DNA from: Massalongia carnosa
Lineage: Eukaryota
Reading direction: 5' to 3'
Assembly: GCA_965645245.1 (NCBI GenBank)
Contig: OZ287073.1
Span: 1,302,001 to 1,366,000 of the forward strand
Length of the DNA: 64,000 bases
Shown: piece after piece, positions 45,661 through 57,691 of the stretch
How the letters are laid out: the number at the start of each line of letters is the position of its first letter
How positions within the stretch are numbered: position 1 is the stretch's first letter
Translations under genes and position numbers: made by a program
Notes under the pieces: generated by a model
Database searches by the model: none
Told to the model about the DNA's origin: nothing
The model's input: only the letters and a program-made list of their open reading frames with translations

Positions 45661-48415
45661 TGTTTGCAGTGGGATTCCTCTGACAGATCACGAGTTGGTT
45701 CTGAAGGGAATGATGGATGAATGTTCCCATTTCCCATTTCCCGTTTCCATCTACAGAATACTACCTCCCCTGGGTACTTACTCGAGAACGGCGTCATAGG
45801 GCTTGCCATAATTACATACTATCGGGTTTTGGCCTCAATGATCCCGTCATCCATGTTACCGGGAACTTATCTCGCCCGAGCTTGCAGAGACATCAAGCCA
45901 TGGCGGGACGCTCGAGACATGCAATAAGGAAAGAGCCCAATCAGAGCATCCCTCTTCGGGATAGAGTACTCTAGCCCCGCCCCAAGGATATTTAGTCTCT
46001 TCCCCGTGCCTCGTCCTCTTGAACCAACCCTCTCTCGCGTAGGGGGGAATGTTTTAAGTACGGAGTACCTTGTACATATCTGCTCAGTTCGGAGGACTCT
46101 GTGCTCTGTCCCGCACCCGAGGTACGTACTTACGATGACCGAAGCATCCATTTCAGGGTCACCCACGGCTGCTCGTTGATGTTGTGTTGTGTTACTCTGT
46201 AGGTATTTGGGTAATTAGTGCTTCTGTTTCGTTGTCTGTGCTTTGGTTTGGGTTTTGGTTAACGGTTCAAACAAATGTGAAGTAAGTACTTTGTTCTCTA
46301 AGCACCTTGCCCATCGACAGCGCTATCATGTGGAGAGCATTCAGTTGTTGGTTATGTATGGTTCGCTTCTATCAGTGGCGCAAGTTTGAGGTTCTAGTGG
46401 TTAAGTATGCGACATACCACATCCCTCGCGATCCAGAGAAACAGGGTAGTTCGGTAGAATGAGGTGCACGAGCACAGTCTAGGTTAATGCCATCGGAAAA
46501 TAGGCTGATCGTTTGGTAGATATTATATCCTAACTATTAAATACACACAGGAAGTTTCTGCCAAAGGCGGCAGAAGCAACATGATTTTTCCTCATTGGGA
46601 GAGGTTGACTAGAAACAGTTTACGGGAGCTACGAAGTTAACTTCCAACCGAGCTTGTCTTCAAGTGGTGCGCAAATCGCGATAACAATGTCCGCCGTCAT
46701 TGGTGGAGTTGAGATGGTGAAAGCGGCAACCGCCAATGGAAAGGACCTGAAAATGATTGGTTTAGGCGAGTACGAGACGCATATCCAAAGAGATGGCCCG
46801 TGATTGATCTTTTTAAAAAGAGCAAAGCTTGGACGTAGGGCCAGATCATTCTAACTCAACTGCTTCGCACCGTTCCAGGGTTGGAACATTTGTGCTACTC
46901 CAACAATCTATGTTTGATGCGGTAACGAAGCCCACTGGAGCTATGTCCAACCATCAAGTGCAAAAGCTATGCCATCAGAATGGAACCAAACCCGACCTTT
47001 GATAGGGACAGGCATCATCAAACTGGTTTGGCCTGTTGTACGAGCTTCGTCAGAGAGATAGAGTTCAATTCCATACACTTATGCTATCTCAACCTTAGAC
47101 GGAAAGCCATGCAATGTGACCGCGAGCGCAATTGGACAACTGGGTTTTCTCCGTAGGCCTGAAATGCAGGTGGCCTGATTGTAGATTTACAGTCTGTAGT
47201 GTTGCGAATGCCAAGCCAGCTGGATCATATCTGACGTAATATGCGAATGCCTTCGCGTATTTTACTGATATGGGAATAGCTACATCTGAGAATTTCTGGT
47301 ATCTTCGATGCTTAGAAATTCAGGTCTATAGACATTCGAGGAGAATCTCGAATGTTCTGTGATCAATATGTATATAGCATCACTCCTACGCATAGCATAG
47401 AGATTAGTCGCAATAATCTGAATTATTTCATTCATAGAAGTTCTGTACTATCCAGAGACTTCGGGCACTCTGCCACCTATTTTCTGTGCATTGGGTCCAT
47501 CATTCTCTATCCATCCCTCCTATTTTAAACATGTAGTATAGCTGAAGCAGAGAAGGGAGTGTCTCGTGAAAGAGCTCCCTTTTTGAGCAAGCGATTTCTT
47601 CGGGTTGTTGCGGTACATACACAGTATCCGTGTCAGTGCTTACGAGATATTTGCATCAGAAACATCAAATTCACCACCGAAAGCGAAGCCAATAGCAACA
47701 ATTGCCTCTCTTGAAGCTAGCGTTGGCAAAAAAAAAAAAGGTTGATGTGTGTTAGATGTAGCGATGAGAAGGGGCAATGTAAAAACGGGTTACGCCCAAG
47801 GTTGATGCATGCTCCCCTTGTCACCCCTTGCGAGATGTTCATTGCCCTGAATGTGTAGATAGCCGAGAAGAGAAAGCGATCTGCTGCGTTACATAAACAG
47901 CAATATTTAATCACCATGTTAAAGGATTGAGAAAAGAGTATCGTCTGATTATATAGAGTTATGTAGAAAGCAGATGGATTGATGTGGTGGGACAACGCAA
48001 CGCATAGCGTTCAATGGCCATCTCCATAGGTAGGTAGAAGGCGTTTATGTGTTCTTGATCGCGTGTGACCCCGTTCGTAGAAGAAAGGCAAGGAACAATG
48101 ACAGCAAAAGGTCATCGACATCACGATTATATCTACCATGTTAGAAGAGCGGGGATGCCGGAAATTCCATGCCAAAATCCGGTTTTAACGGCACTAAACA
48201 GGGCTGGACTCGGAAAGTCTGGAAATTCTAAACCCAGAACCTATCAGGTCGATTCTAAATGCCTTCACATCTTTTGCCTCCTTCGTTGCTTCTTAGAATT
48301 CACTTTTGACTTTCGCTGTTATTGATGGAGACCCGCCTTTGACTGCAGAGGCGGCTCTGACAGCTATGTTTCTTCCCACCCCTGCCTTTAGTCGTTTCAT
48401 TACTAAGCAACAGCC

Positions 48416-51400
48416 ATGGGTCCAAGCATCTCGGAGCGTTCCCCGCGGTCAAAGGACAATCCTGTCGAAAAACCAGTTACGCGTCTTCCACAGTTGATGG
48501 AGCGTCCAGAAATACCTCATCAAGACTCGGGCGGATCAGGCTCATCGGAGGATTATTCAGTTGTTCTTGCTCGTACAGGAGCCGAGCAAAGATCCGACGA
48601 CGAGGACGAAGAAGACACGGACGGTCAAATACAGCTGACGCCAGGTTCGACCGTGGATAGTCTCACTCCGCTGACGAACTTCTCGTCAAATCAGCCATCA
48701 TGGAACTCTCAGATGCCGTCTAGACCAAGGCGGGGAAGTATTGGGGATGCGCTGGAAGTTCCCCGTCCTTCTGTGGGTGAAGCAATCAGTGCTCGACCAC
48801 AACGACCGGCCCCGGCAAGGACACCATCCAGCACATACAATCCACCTCGCAAGCCTTCACATTTTACGGCACTCCAGTCGAATAGGCAACGATCCTTTTC
48901 CGGAACGCGACCGAGAAGGGATCCGAACGCCCAATATCGTGCTCAAGAGAAAGCGTATATACAACAGTTACGCCGAGATCCTCATAACGAGTACTTCGAC
49001 GACGAGTCGTATACGCCCAGTCTAGCATATAGCACGGACTCCGAGACTGAAGAAGATTCGCCTGCTTCCGAGGTCCACTTTGATACAGACATCTACGATC
49101 CGGATACCCAGCTGTTCTATAACAATGATAACATACAGCCTTCGTCGGAAGAACTACATGTACCAGAGAACCGGGAAAGGCTGGAGTGGCATTCTATGCT
49201 GGCATCAGTGCTAAAGGGCGATGTGGTGAAGCAAGAGAAACAACGTTTGATTGGAACTACGGAGCAGAAAGGAGAGAAGTCGTTAAATAATGAGCTGTGG
49301 GTGGGGGTGCGATCTAGAGTGTGCGGTCGTAGCATCGCTGCTCAGAAGCGTATGATAGAAGAGGGCCGGGCTGCGATCAATCCAGAGATTGAGGCCATCA
49401 TTGCATTTCAGATCAAAGGGGAAACGGAGGTGGGCAAGCCGGCAACACAACAAGTTCAAGATGTTGTAGAGAAGATTGAACGATGCGAAAGTTTATACCC
49501 CACAAGGTTGGCCTTGGAGAAGGCCAATGCAAGAGCAGCATCCGAAGATTTTAGGACCAGCAGCGAGGCAGTCATTGCATGGCACAACACAACCGAACTA
49601 ATTAACACAGAGCTTGCCATTCTGCAAGGTTGGGTTGGCAATGAAGAGCTTGACTTTGCTAAGCCAGCGATTCAAGGTGGACGCCCTGGCCTGACCGAAG
49701 ATGCGTCTTTCCTTGATCGTATACACAAGGATGATGGGTTGAGGTCGTTGCAAGGGGACCACAGTATGCTTCTGGGAGTAGCGAACGTTATTAGAAAGGC
49801 CAAAACCACTCTCATTCAGAATGCCGAGGCGTTTGCAAAACGGCATTTGCCTCCATACATCGAAGAGCTTCTGACTTTGATTAATTTTCCATCGAGACTG
49901 ATTCAGGAGATTATCCGCATGAGGTTGATCTTCGCCAGAAAGATGAAAGATCCCACCCAGTTGACTGGGATGATGGCTATTCAAATGATTTCGCAGTTTC
50001 AGATTCTACTGAAGCTAGCGGTGAGGATCAAACAGGAGTATACCGTCGTCTCACAGCCGGAACCTGGATGGGAATTGCCGCCTTGTATTGACGAGAATTT
50101 TGATTTCGTTGTGTTAGACGCTTTGAAGTTTTACTTTAAGATGCTGAACTCCAAGCTGGTTGGAAACAAAAACACCTTCAAAGAAGCCGAGATTTTGGAG
50201 CAGGAGTGGGAGTTTTCCAATGCAATAGGACGGTTTCTAGATGGCGGCGATGTCGAGGTTGCAGAGCAGTTTAGTGGGCTCACCGCAAAAGCCTTACAAC
50301 GCCTCACGAGTCATTTCGAACGGGAGTTGCAACGTAAACCCGAAGAGAATGCCGTTGATATCGACAAGCGGTACAAGCAGATATTAGACTCGGTGCGAGT
50401 ACGCCAACGGAAACTATTCCGCTTCTCACGACTTCTGAGTCAACGGTTTGAAAATGCAACCGAGTTCAACATTAGCTTGGAATCGAAGCAGCTACAGGAC
50501 TTTGTTGACGCTCTCATGGCGTCTGGACACTTCTTGATCTACACAGCAAGCATCGATCGTGAAGGTATTTTCCTAATTGCCCCGCCATCACTATACGATC
50601 GACCGAGGGACATCCAATCAATTCTCGGTACATCTTTTCATTCGGAAGACGCTTTGGAAGACCCGTCAAATCCCTATGTTTTGATCATTCGACCGGATGA
50701 GCCCTTGTATTGGGATAGCAAAAAACTAGAGGTGGACATGCGCGCCCCCTGGATGGACATCCGGCCTGGTAGGCTTCGCCTTGTAGCAGACGGATCTCAA
50801 CAGAGATTACAGAACGCGCGACTGGCCTTCTTTCAATCTATCGGTATGCACCTTGACATTCTCACCGAGCTGAGGGCGAATTTGCCGCGAGTAAACTTAG
50901 AGTTGGGTAAGATCAAAAAGACAGCTTACAAGCTCTCAAACACCATCATGGAAAGCGTCGAGATTATAAGGAAACAGACCAAGGGCCTTGAAAATCAAGA
51001 ACTCATACAGACTTGCTTTGCGTTCGCAACCGAATTTGGAAAGCGGTCCCTGACATATATGGATGTCAACAGGCGGATGATGAATAATCTAAAGTTGACG
51101 CGGTTAGGACTTGACTGGGTTAGCTTTATCTGCGACGATTGCGTGGCTTCTGATAGGAAAACTTTCAAGTGGGCTGTCGTTGCGCTCGAATTTGCCATGG
51201 TTATGACTCGAGGACCCAATATCCTGTCCATTACCGATGAGGAGTTCATACGGCTTCGAACCAAGGTGGCAGGTTGTATGTCATTGCTAATCTCCCATTT
51301 CGACATAATGGGGGCTAGATCGACTTTAGCGGCCCAAGCGGAGAAGCAACGAATTGAAGCTCTTGCGGGGCAATTCCGGAAAATGGACGTCAGCCGGATG

Positions 51401-52621
51401 AAGGACGATGCAGAAGCTTCAAAGTTTACCCGAGAGCAGTGGTTGGCGCAGCTGACGGAGATTGATGAGATTCGCAAGCAAAAGGATGCGGAACGACAAG
51501 CACTTGGCCGTGTACTGGAGGCTTCCAATGAAGCTGATCGCTCGTTAACGTTCCTCTCATCGTCTGCGACCAATGTTTCGCTGCGATGGCAACAAGGTCA
51601 ATTCGTTGGCGGAGGCACGTTTGGCTCGGTCTACGCAGCTATTAATCTTGACTCTGGTTATCTGATGGCAGTGAAGGAGATTCGACTGCAAGATCCGCAG
51701 CTTATCCCCACAGTAGCCCAACAGATTCGTGATGAGCAGGCCGTACTCGAGGTTCTCGATCACCCTAATATTGTTTCCTATTATGGCATTGAAGTTCATC
51801 GAGACAAGGTGTACATTTTCATGGAGTATTGCTCTGGCGGTTCTTTGGCAAACTTGCTGGAGCATGGACGTATCGAGGACGAGACTGTGATTCAAGTTTA
51901 TGCGTTGCAGATGTTGGAAGGGCTGGCATATCTCCATCAAAGTGGAATTGCTCATCGTGACATCAAGCCCGAAAGTAAGTCGCCTCCCTCCATACTCCAA
52001 GTCCTCAAATCTGCCTCCCAAAAACCTTTCCCGCTGAATAAATCCCCTTTAGACATCCTCCTCGACCACAACGGCGTCATCAAATATGTTGATTTTGGTG
52101 CCGCTAAAATCATCGCCCGCCAAGGCAAAACCCTCCAGGTGGACCCTGCCTTTGCCAATGGCCCAGGGCGCGTCCCTGGCAAGCAAAAATCCATGACCGG
52201 CACCCCAATGTACATGTCGCCAGAGGTGATCAAAGGCTCGAGTGAAGGTCGACAGGGCGCCATCGACATCTGGTCCCTAGGCTGTGTGATCCTGGAGATG
52301 AGCACCGGTCGGCGGCCGTGGGCCAGCCTTGACAACGAGTGGGCCATTATGTACAACATCGCGCAGGGCAACCCCCCGCAGCTGCCGTCCAAAGATCAGC
52401 TTAGCCCCGAAGGGATCGAGTTCTTGAAACGCTGCTTCGAGAAGGATCCACGCCGAAGGGCGTCAGCGGCCGAGCTACTGCAGTGCGAATGGATCATGAC
52501 AATTCGACAGCAGGTCGTTGTGGGTGGAGGGGTTGATTCAAGCCAGTCGTCCGGGAGCGACGCTGGAAGCGTGACCTCAAATAGCGCGAGGACTTCCAGG
52601 CAGAATTCCGGCGTTTTTTAG
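48416..52621 (+). CDS. SSK2: MAP kinase kinase kinase of the HOG pathway (Ssk2/SskB/Os-4); one intron at 51975-52052
   Basis: N-terminal Ssk2 block RERLEWHSMLASVLKGDVV and a C-terminal kinase domain (GGGTFGSV, MAVKEI, HRDIKPENILL after splicing, DFG, GTPMYMSPE). Confidence 0.96.
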   Translation: MGPSISERSPRSKDNPVEKPVTRLPQLMERPEIPHQDSGGSGSSEDYSVVLARTGAEQRSDDEDEEDTDGQIQLTPGSTVDSLTPLTNFSSNQPSWNSQMPSRPRRGSIGDALEVPRPSVGEAISARPQRPAPARTPSSTYNPPRKPSHFTALQSNRQRSFSGTRPRRDPNAQYRAQEKAYIQQLRRDPHNEYFDDESYTPSLAYSTDSETEEDSPASEVHFDTDIYDPDTQLFYNNDNIQPSSEELHVPENRERLEWHSMLASVLKGDVVKQEKQRLIGTTEQKGEKSLNNELWVGVRSRVCGRSIAAQKRMIEEGRAAINPEIEAIIAFQIKGETEVGKPATQQVQDVVEKIERCESLYPTRLALEKANARAASEDFRTSSEAVIAWHNTTELINTELAILQGWVGNEELDFAKPAIQGGRPGLTEDASFLDRIHKDDGLRSLQGDHSMLLGVANVIRKAKTTLIQNAEAFAKRHLPPYIEELLTLINFPSRLIQEIIRMRLIFARKMKDPTQLTGMMAIQMISQFQILLKLAVRIKQEYTVVSQPEPGWELPPCIDENFDFVVLDALKFYFKMLNSKLVGNKNTFKEAEILEQEWEFSNAIGRFLDGGDVEVAEQFSGLTAKALQRLTSHFERELQRKPEENAVDIDKRYKQILDSVRVRQRKLFRFSRLLSQRFENATEFNISLESKQLQDFVDALMASGHFLIYTASIDREGIFLIAPPSLYDRPRDIQSILGTSFHSEDALEDPSNPYVLIIRPDEPLYWDSKKLEVDMRAPWMDIRPGRLRLVADGSQQRLQNARLAFFQSIGMHLDILTELRANLPRVNLELGKIKKTAYKLSNTIMESVEIIRKQTKGLENQELIQTCFAFATEFGKRSLTYMDVNRRMMNNLKLTRLGLDWVSFICDDCVASDRKTFKWAVVALEFAMVMTRGPNILSITDEEFIRLRTKVAGCMSLLISHFDIMGARSTLAAQAEKQRIEALAGQFRKMDVSRMKDDAEASKFTREQWLAQLTEIDEIRKQKDAERQALGRVLEASNEADRSLTFLSSSATNVSLRWQQGQFVGGGTFGSVYAAINLDSGYLMAVKEIRLQDPQLIPTVAQQIRDEQAVLEVLDHPNIVSYYGIEVHRDKVYIFMEYCSGGSLANLLEHGRIEDETVIQVYALQMLEGLAYLHQSGIAHRDIKPESKSPPSILQVLKSASQKPFPLNKSPLDILLDHNGVIKYVDFGAAKIIARQGKTLQVDPAFANGPGRVPGKQKSMTGTPMYMSPEVIKGSSEGRQGAIDIWSLGCVILEMSTGRRPWASLDNEWAIMYNIAQGNPPQLPSKDQLSPEGIEFLKRCFEKDPRRRASAAELLQCEWIMTIRQQVVVGGGVDSSQSSGSDAGSVTSNSARTSRQNSGVF

Positions 52622-53962
52622 AAAGCGGGGACGAGGGATGGTGGTGGCATCGAATGGGAAGTGTTTCTAAACCTTTTCAGACGAGAGAGGGGCTCTCTGG
52701 TTTCTTCAGCGGCATATACGTGCACAGCCGCATATTTTGGATCCTCGGCGGCTGCTTGTTTTTCTCTTCTTCTTTTTATTTCTTAGGAGCGTCCACTTTT
52801 TTTAGTATTGTGCGTTCCACCCCAACCTTTTCAGACTCGCTTTTTTCTCCCCCTTTGTGCATCATCATCAGCGGCGATACCCCAGTACGTACACGAGCGA
52901 GAAGGAAGTCGGATCGGTCAGCTTGGGTTTTCTTGGGTTTTTTTTTCTTTTTTGGGGGGCTACCTACGAATGTGTTCTTTGACGTTTTTCCCCTTCTTCA
53001 CAGGGGGACCTCCCTATACGATCGATACGCTTGGGGCCTGTTGGGGGGGGAAATGGAGTTTGTCAGAGAAAGAGAGAACCTCAACCCCTATAAAGAACGC
53101 AAAATCCTTCTTCTATACTCCACATATTTTCTTCTCCTTTGTCCTTCCCCCTTCTATTCGCCTCAATCGCCCTAGCCTTAAGCCTTAGCCTCAGCCAACT
53201 GGCTGACCTACTGCTGCCCGACCGATGTGCCAACCAACCAGCCATCCATCCGAAAATACCCATGTCCTCTCTTCTTCTCTTCCCCCCTACCTTCCTGACC
53301 CCGCCAGAATTCCTGTAGGTGGTTCAGTCTAGCCATACTGCTTTGCATCTACTCTAACGTAGCTACTTTATACATTCACTCAACCAAATTTCCCTTTTTG
53401 CTCCGTTTCTAGAGCCTGTAAATAAATAAGCGAGCACATACCTTTAAACCTATTTATATAATGTGTACAATTAAGAATCAGAAAAAATTTGCTTCCTTGG
53501 AAAGCGGGCAATTCTGCGCCCCCGGAGAGGGATAAAGCAGCGTTGGTTGTTATTAACTGTTTGATTTAACTGTTTGATTTAGGGAGTACTTAACTAAGTG
53601 AATATATGTTTTAGTGAGTGAGAGGGATTGGGGGGGGGGGGGGTGTAAGGAACCCGGTTTTGAAAAAACAAAGGGGGGTTAATAGGTTTCTGGAGTTGTC
53701 TTGGTTTAACTAACGAGCTTGATGATTACAGCAAGTCTCTTCATTGAACAAAATCTACCGTTCTACTATTGGACCCAGCGCCAATAAGAATTGAGTTGAA
53801 CTACTCTGTAAATGCTCACGACTTGTACATAACTACCTACCTAAGGTAATGAGCTAACTTAGCCGCTATGAGTTGATTCTATCCGCTACGGAGCGGAGTC
53901 CTTGAATAAAGGACTGTTCTTAACTTATAGTCGATGGATGTGATTTTGATCCTTCTTATGCT

Positions 53963-55000
53963 CTATGTATGGTTTAGTGGAACCCGCCTGGCAGAGTGGC
54001 TTTGCTGACAATTTTTTGCTGAATGTCTTGGAGGACAACGCCAATAAGTATTGGCTATGTCACACCACTCTTCTTTGGATGAAGTTCCACTCCCCAAAAC
54101 CCGAGCAACTGGACGGTCCTTGCTGTTCATGATTAAGGAACCAGAATCTCCATTCTTACAAAATATTTCATCAAGCCAAAAAAACACACAGAGCGCATCT
54201 TATTTTACTTTGATGCCGAACTATGAGTTTCCGGTACGAGGATGCCGACGGTCCAAGAGGTAGATCAACCGCACATGAAACCGCACATGAAGAACAGTTC
54301 AGAAGTGGGCCCATCACAGAGTTTCTCGGATTTATGATGGTTATCGAAATGGTGGTAGTTTTCTGGGCTATTTAAGATTATACTTTGCAATAGGATTTGC
54401 AGTTTGGTCGGCAATAGGACATGTTTCATATATCGAGACTGAACGAAACCGAGAAACCGGTCAGATAGCACGAATAATTATTAGGATAACTGAGTTACGT
54501 ACCATGTTAATTTGCCAGTCGTTCAAAAGATACCCAAGCTTTACCGAAATCCAGATCTAGTCATTATCACTCCAAACTCATCATCGATCTCATCAGGATG
54601 ATGAATAAAGAATCCTGATGTTTAATACGCATGACCGAAATCATGACCTAAGTCTTAAAGTTGTAGCAGTTCCCCATCTAAATCCTGAACCCTTTCCTCC
54701 ATTCTTTTTCTGTCAATTATCACCTGTTGGTCACAACTCTCAAGTTTTTCCTTGTTGCGTTCAAGAGGTTTCATCGTGTTTCCAAAATCGAGTAAAGATG
54801 GACAACTTATATCATATCGTGCTCATGCTGTTGGAATTGAACAAAGGAAACCAGTTCATACAAGCTGAGGTCAAGATATCAGTTTTAGAACCAGCAAAAT
54901 ACATCGGTTTCATGAGGAATCAGGAGTACAAAATATTATCAAACTAAAGTGACGTGGAAGAAAACCACAAGAGAGGTTAATATACATGGTGACATGTTCA
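53963..55000 (-). pseudogene. Degraded trypsin-fold serine protease gene (fungal Ssy5/peptidase-S64-like)
   Basis: Motifs in correct order across different frames, broken by stops and frameshifts: TCHHV (54997-54983), SCPSLLD plus coiled segment, FGVIMTRSGFR, NDW (~54520), CG*STSWTVG (~54265), NGDSGSLI (54151-54137), VVLQDI. Confidence 0.7.
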
Positions 55001-55625
55001 TAGGAGCCGCAAATAAAAAAGTAACCATGAGACAACTGGACATCCCAAACCTAAATCGGTTCAACGCGCAACTCTGGATCTAGTCTCACATCTCTGAAGT
55101 GTGTAAGACCCGACATTTTTTTGTTTCCAGATTAACGTTAATGTACAGACGTGGGAGAAGTTATTCTAAGCGTGGCTATAGGTCTGATTAAATGTTGATT
55201 TGGCTTGCCCCATTTACCTACCGATGCCATCTGACTGGTATTGGTTAGCCATATAAGAGTCGTGCATCCGAGAGGAAGCTTCAAAGAGAGACGTAGCAAA
55301 GTAAGAAGCTGTTAGGTATGTTAGGTATGTAGACAGGGAGTGGAAGTACTTTGCTTGGTAGCGTGATCATACGCTTGAAAAAGCATTGGCCGACCGAAAC
55401 GCGGAATCCGCCCGTTCTCCCATGCATCCATCGCTCTTCACATAGAGCAAAGGGGCATCTCTATATCAAAAACCTCTATAATCTTTAACACTAAACTCTT
55501 TTATCTATCCTCATTAATCGTCACCGAATCCTTCCCTCATCGAATCCTCCATCCATCATATTGCGCAGAAAAAATCCCTCCTCCCCTCACTTCTCTTCTC
55601 CACATCTCCACAACTCCAAAAAGCA

Positions 55626-56324
55626 ATGGAATACCTAGAAGGTGACGGAAACCCCCCCCCCCCCCCTTCCTTCCAAACCACACAAACTAAACCTACGCAC
55701 TTCTGAACTAACCCTCTCCTCCTCCCAGAATATCTCCCGCCAATGCTCCGCCTCTACAGCAGCTACTACCGGCCCTACGCTGCATATCTCCTCCCCCTGC
55801 AGCACTTCCTCTTTGCCACCCACACAAGCTTCTACCGGCATATATTCCCCACTCTATACCCGCTATACACGCTTTGCACCCGCACCCTGAGCTCGCTACT
55901 GATTCCCGCCCCCTCGTCCGGCTACCACGCCGCCAAACAACCACAACGCGCGCAGCCATCCCCGCCGCCACCGCAATACGACCTTTTCGCCCTTGCGCTA
56001 CTCGCATTCCTCGCGGTCGTGGGCTTCAAGCTGCTAGACATGCTGCGCCGGAGCGTGATGTACTGGGTGGTACTAGCGATCAGGCTGGCGTTGTGGGGAG
56101 CGGTGGGGCTGGGGGGAGTGTATGTATGGCGGAGGGGCTTGGAAGGGAGCCTTGAGGATTTTGGGTGGGTGGTGGGGTTTTTGGGTGGGTTGGGGGAGGA
56201 GGTTGGGGGTGGAGGCCGCGCGGGGAGAAGCGCGGGAAAGAGGGAATGGGAGGCGACGAGGGTGCCTAGGCAAGGGAGAAGGGGGGCGGGGAGAGGGAGG
56301 ACGAGGGGTGCTGGATGGGGATGA
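55626..56324 (+). CDS. APQ12: Nuclear envelope / nuclear pore biogenesis membrane protein, Apq12-like; exons 55626-55641 and 55729-56324
   Basis: Two-TM core DLFALALLAFLAVVGFKLLDMLRRSVMYWVVLAIRLALWG. A short first exon is spliced via GTGACG...CTAAC...CAG. Confidence 0.72.
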
Positions 56325-56681
56325 CTCTTTTCAATAGTGGAGAGGGTTCGTCGGATAGGGTGGGGATGAGAGCTTGTGGGATGAAAATACTGGTATTCGG
56401 GTACGTTTAGGGAGAAGCCGCCTTTGGTTGGTTCAGTTTTGGAGTATCCGGCACGGAATTGTAGAGCTTTTTGCATCAGAATGGAGTGCTGAGGCCATTG
56501 GCGATCACCTTGATGTTCTTTTGCCAAGGGGAAAAGAGACGTGATTCCACGAGTCCGTAAGAACACGAGCTCCAAACGCCTACGCTATGCTTGGTTCACT
56601 AAGACATCCAACCGAAGTCTACGAAAAACAGCGCCCTCAAACACGCAATCGACCATGGCTAGAATATGTAGCCCCATCGTG

Positions 56682-57691
56682 TCATGACATGTCGGTATCC
56701 TCCCAATTACTCTCAATCTCATCGTTTGGCTCTCGCGGTTCCTGCGCTTCATGGTACTGGATAGCATCGTCAATATAGCTTAAGATAGAGCCGACGCTGT
56801 CTTCCTCTTGCACGTTGAGCTGAAGGAACGACACCATACTAAAGTCATCTATTAGCTGCGCGACTGCCTGATTAAGTCTCTTGAAACTCCCGCCCGCCAT
56901 CATGGGTCCTGGGGTCAAGGGATCGACGGCGCGATCTTGAGAGGAAGCTAGGGCGGTTTCCGTATCGGCCGGATCATCGTCGAGGAGAGAGGTATCCGGA
57001 TCTATGAAACGTTTCAATTCTTGCCGCGGTACGGATCCTTTGATAAGATCCATCTTGCTCAGCACGTTGACGTGGGGAATTTCAAGCATTATCATGGCGC
57101 TCATGGCCGACAATGTGCCCGCGAAATACTTTGCCCTGTCGATGACGAATGTAGACTCCAGAAGATATGTGGCGCAGAGGTTGACGTTAAGCGCTCCAGT
57201 GCGGGTAAGGTGTTTTACAAGGGCTGGCACAACTGGGATGTGGGTATAAAGCTCTATTTGGCCCGGCATGTCGATAATGATAAGGTACTCCTCAGACAGA
57301 GGGTCAATGGCTTCTGTGAGAAAGTCGAGGTTTTCGAGAAGAAACCTGCCCATACGACTTTGTCAGACCGAATTGACATGAGTGAGGGGGGAGCTATGTA
57401 CTCGAAGCAGTATATCAGTCCACCATTTGGGCCCAGGCCCATCTCTTCCATGACATCCTCGAGCGAAATAAGTTCTTTAATATCAAGATCGGGCTCATAG
57501 GCAAATTCTTCGGCTGCAGGATCAAGGTTGACGTAGTAGCAAGACCGCTTGTTGAGCCTCAGATGCTGTATCAAGGCGGAACAGAAGGTTGTCTAATAAC
57601 CCATTAGGAGGCGTTTCTTTCAAGGCAATAGTGTTCCGCACACCTTGCCGGCGCCAGCCGGACCCATTACAAGTACACCAAATTTGCTCAT
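56682..57691 (-). CDS. GPN3: GPN-loop GTPase 3; introns 57643-57593 and 57401-57346
   Basis: Motifs MSKFGVLVMGPAGAGKTTFC, VNLDPAA, LGPNGGLIYCFE, DMPGQIELYTH, SKMDL, IDDAIQYHE. Confidence 0.94.

Noticed and set aside
52654..53188. Phe-rich 173-aa and 126-aa ORFs after SSK2
   Set aside because: They translate a T-rich 3' UTR; the composition is low-complexity.
55102..55125. TGTAAGACCC, a possible second LTR start pairing with 53644
   Set aside because: Similarity is limited to about 10 nt, with no extended direct repeat or gag/pol remnants.
56322..56330. Stop-codon readthrough to cryptic peroxisomal signals
   Set aside because: No gene here ends in TGA-CTA; the nearest case (APQ12, TGA-CTC) gives no PTS1.
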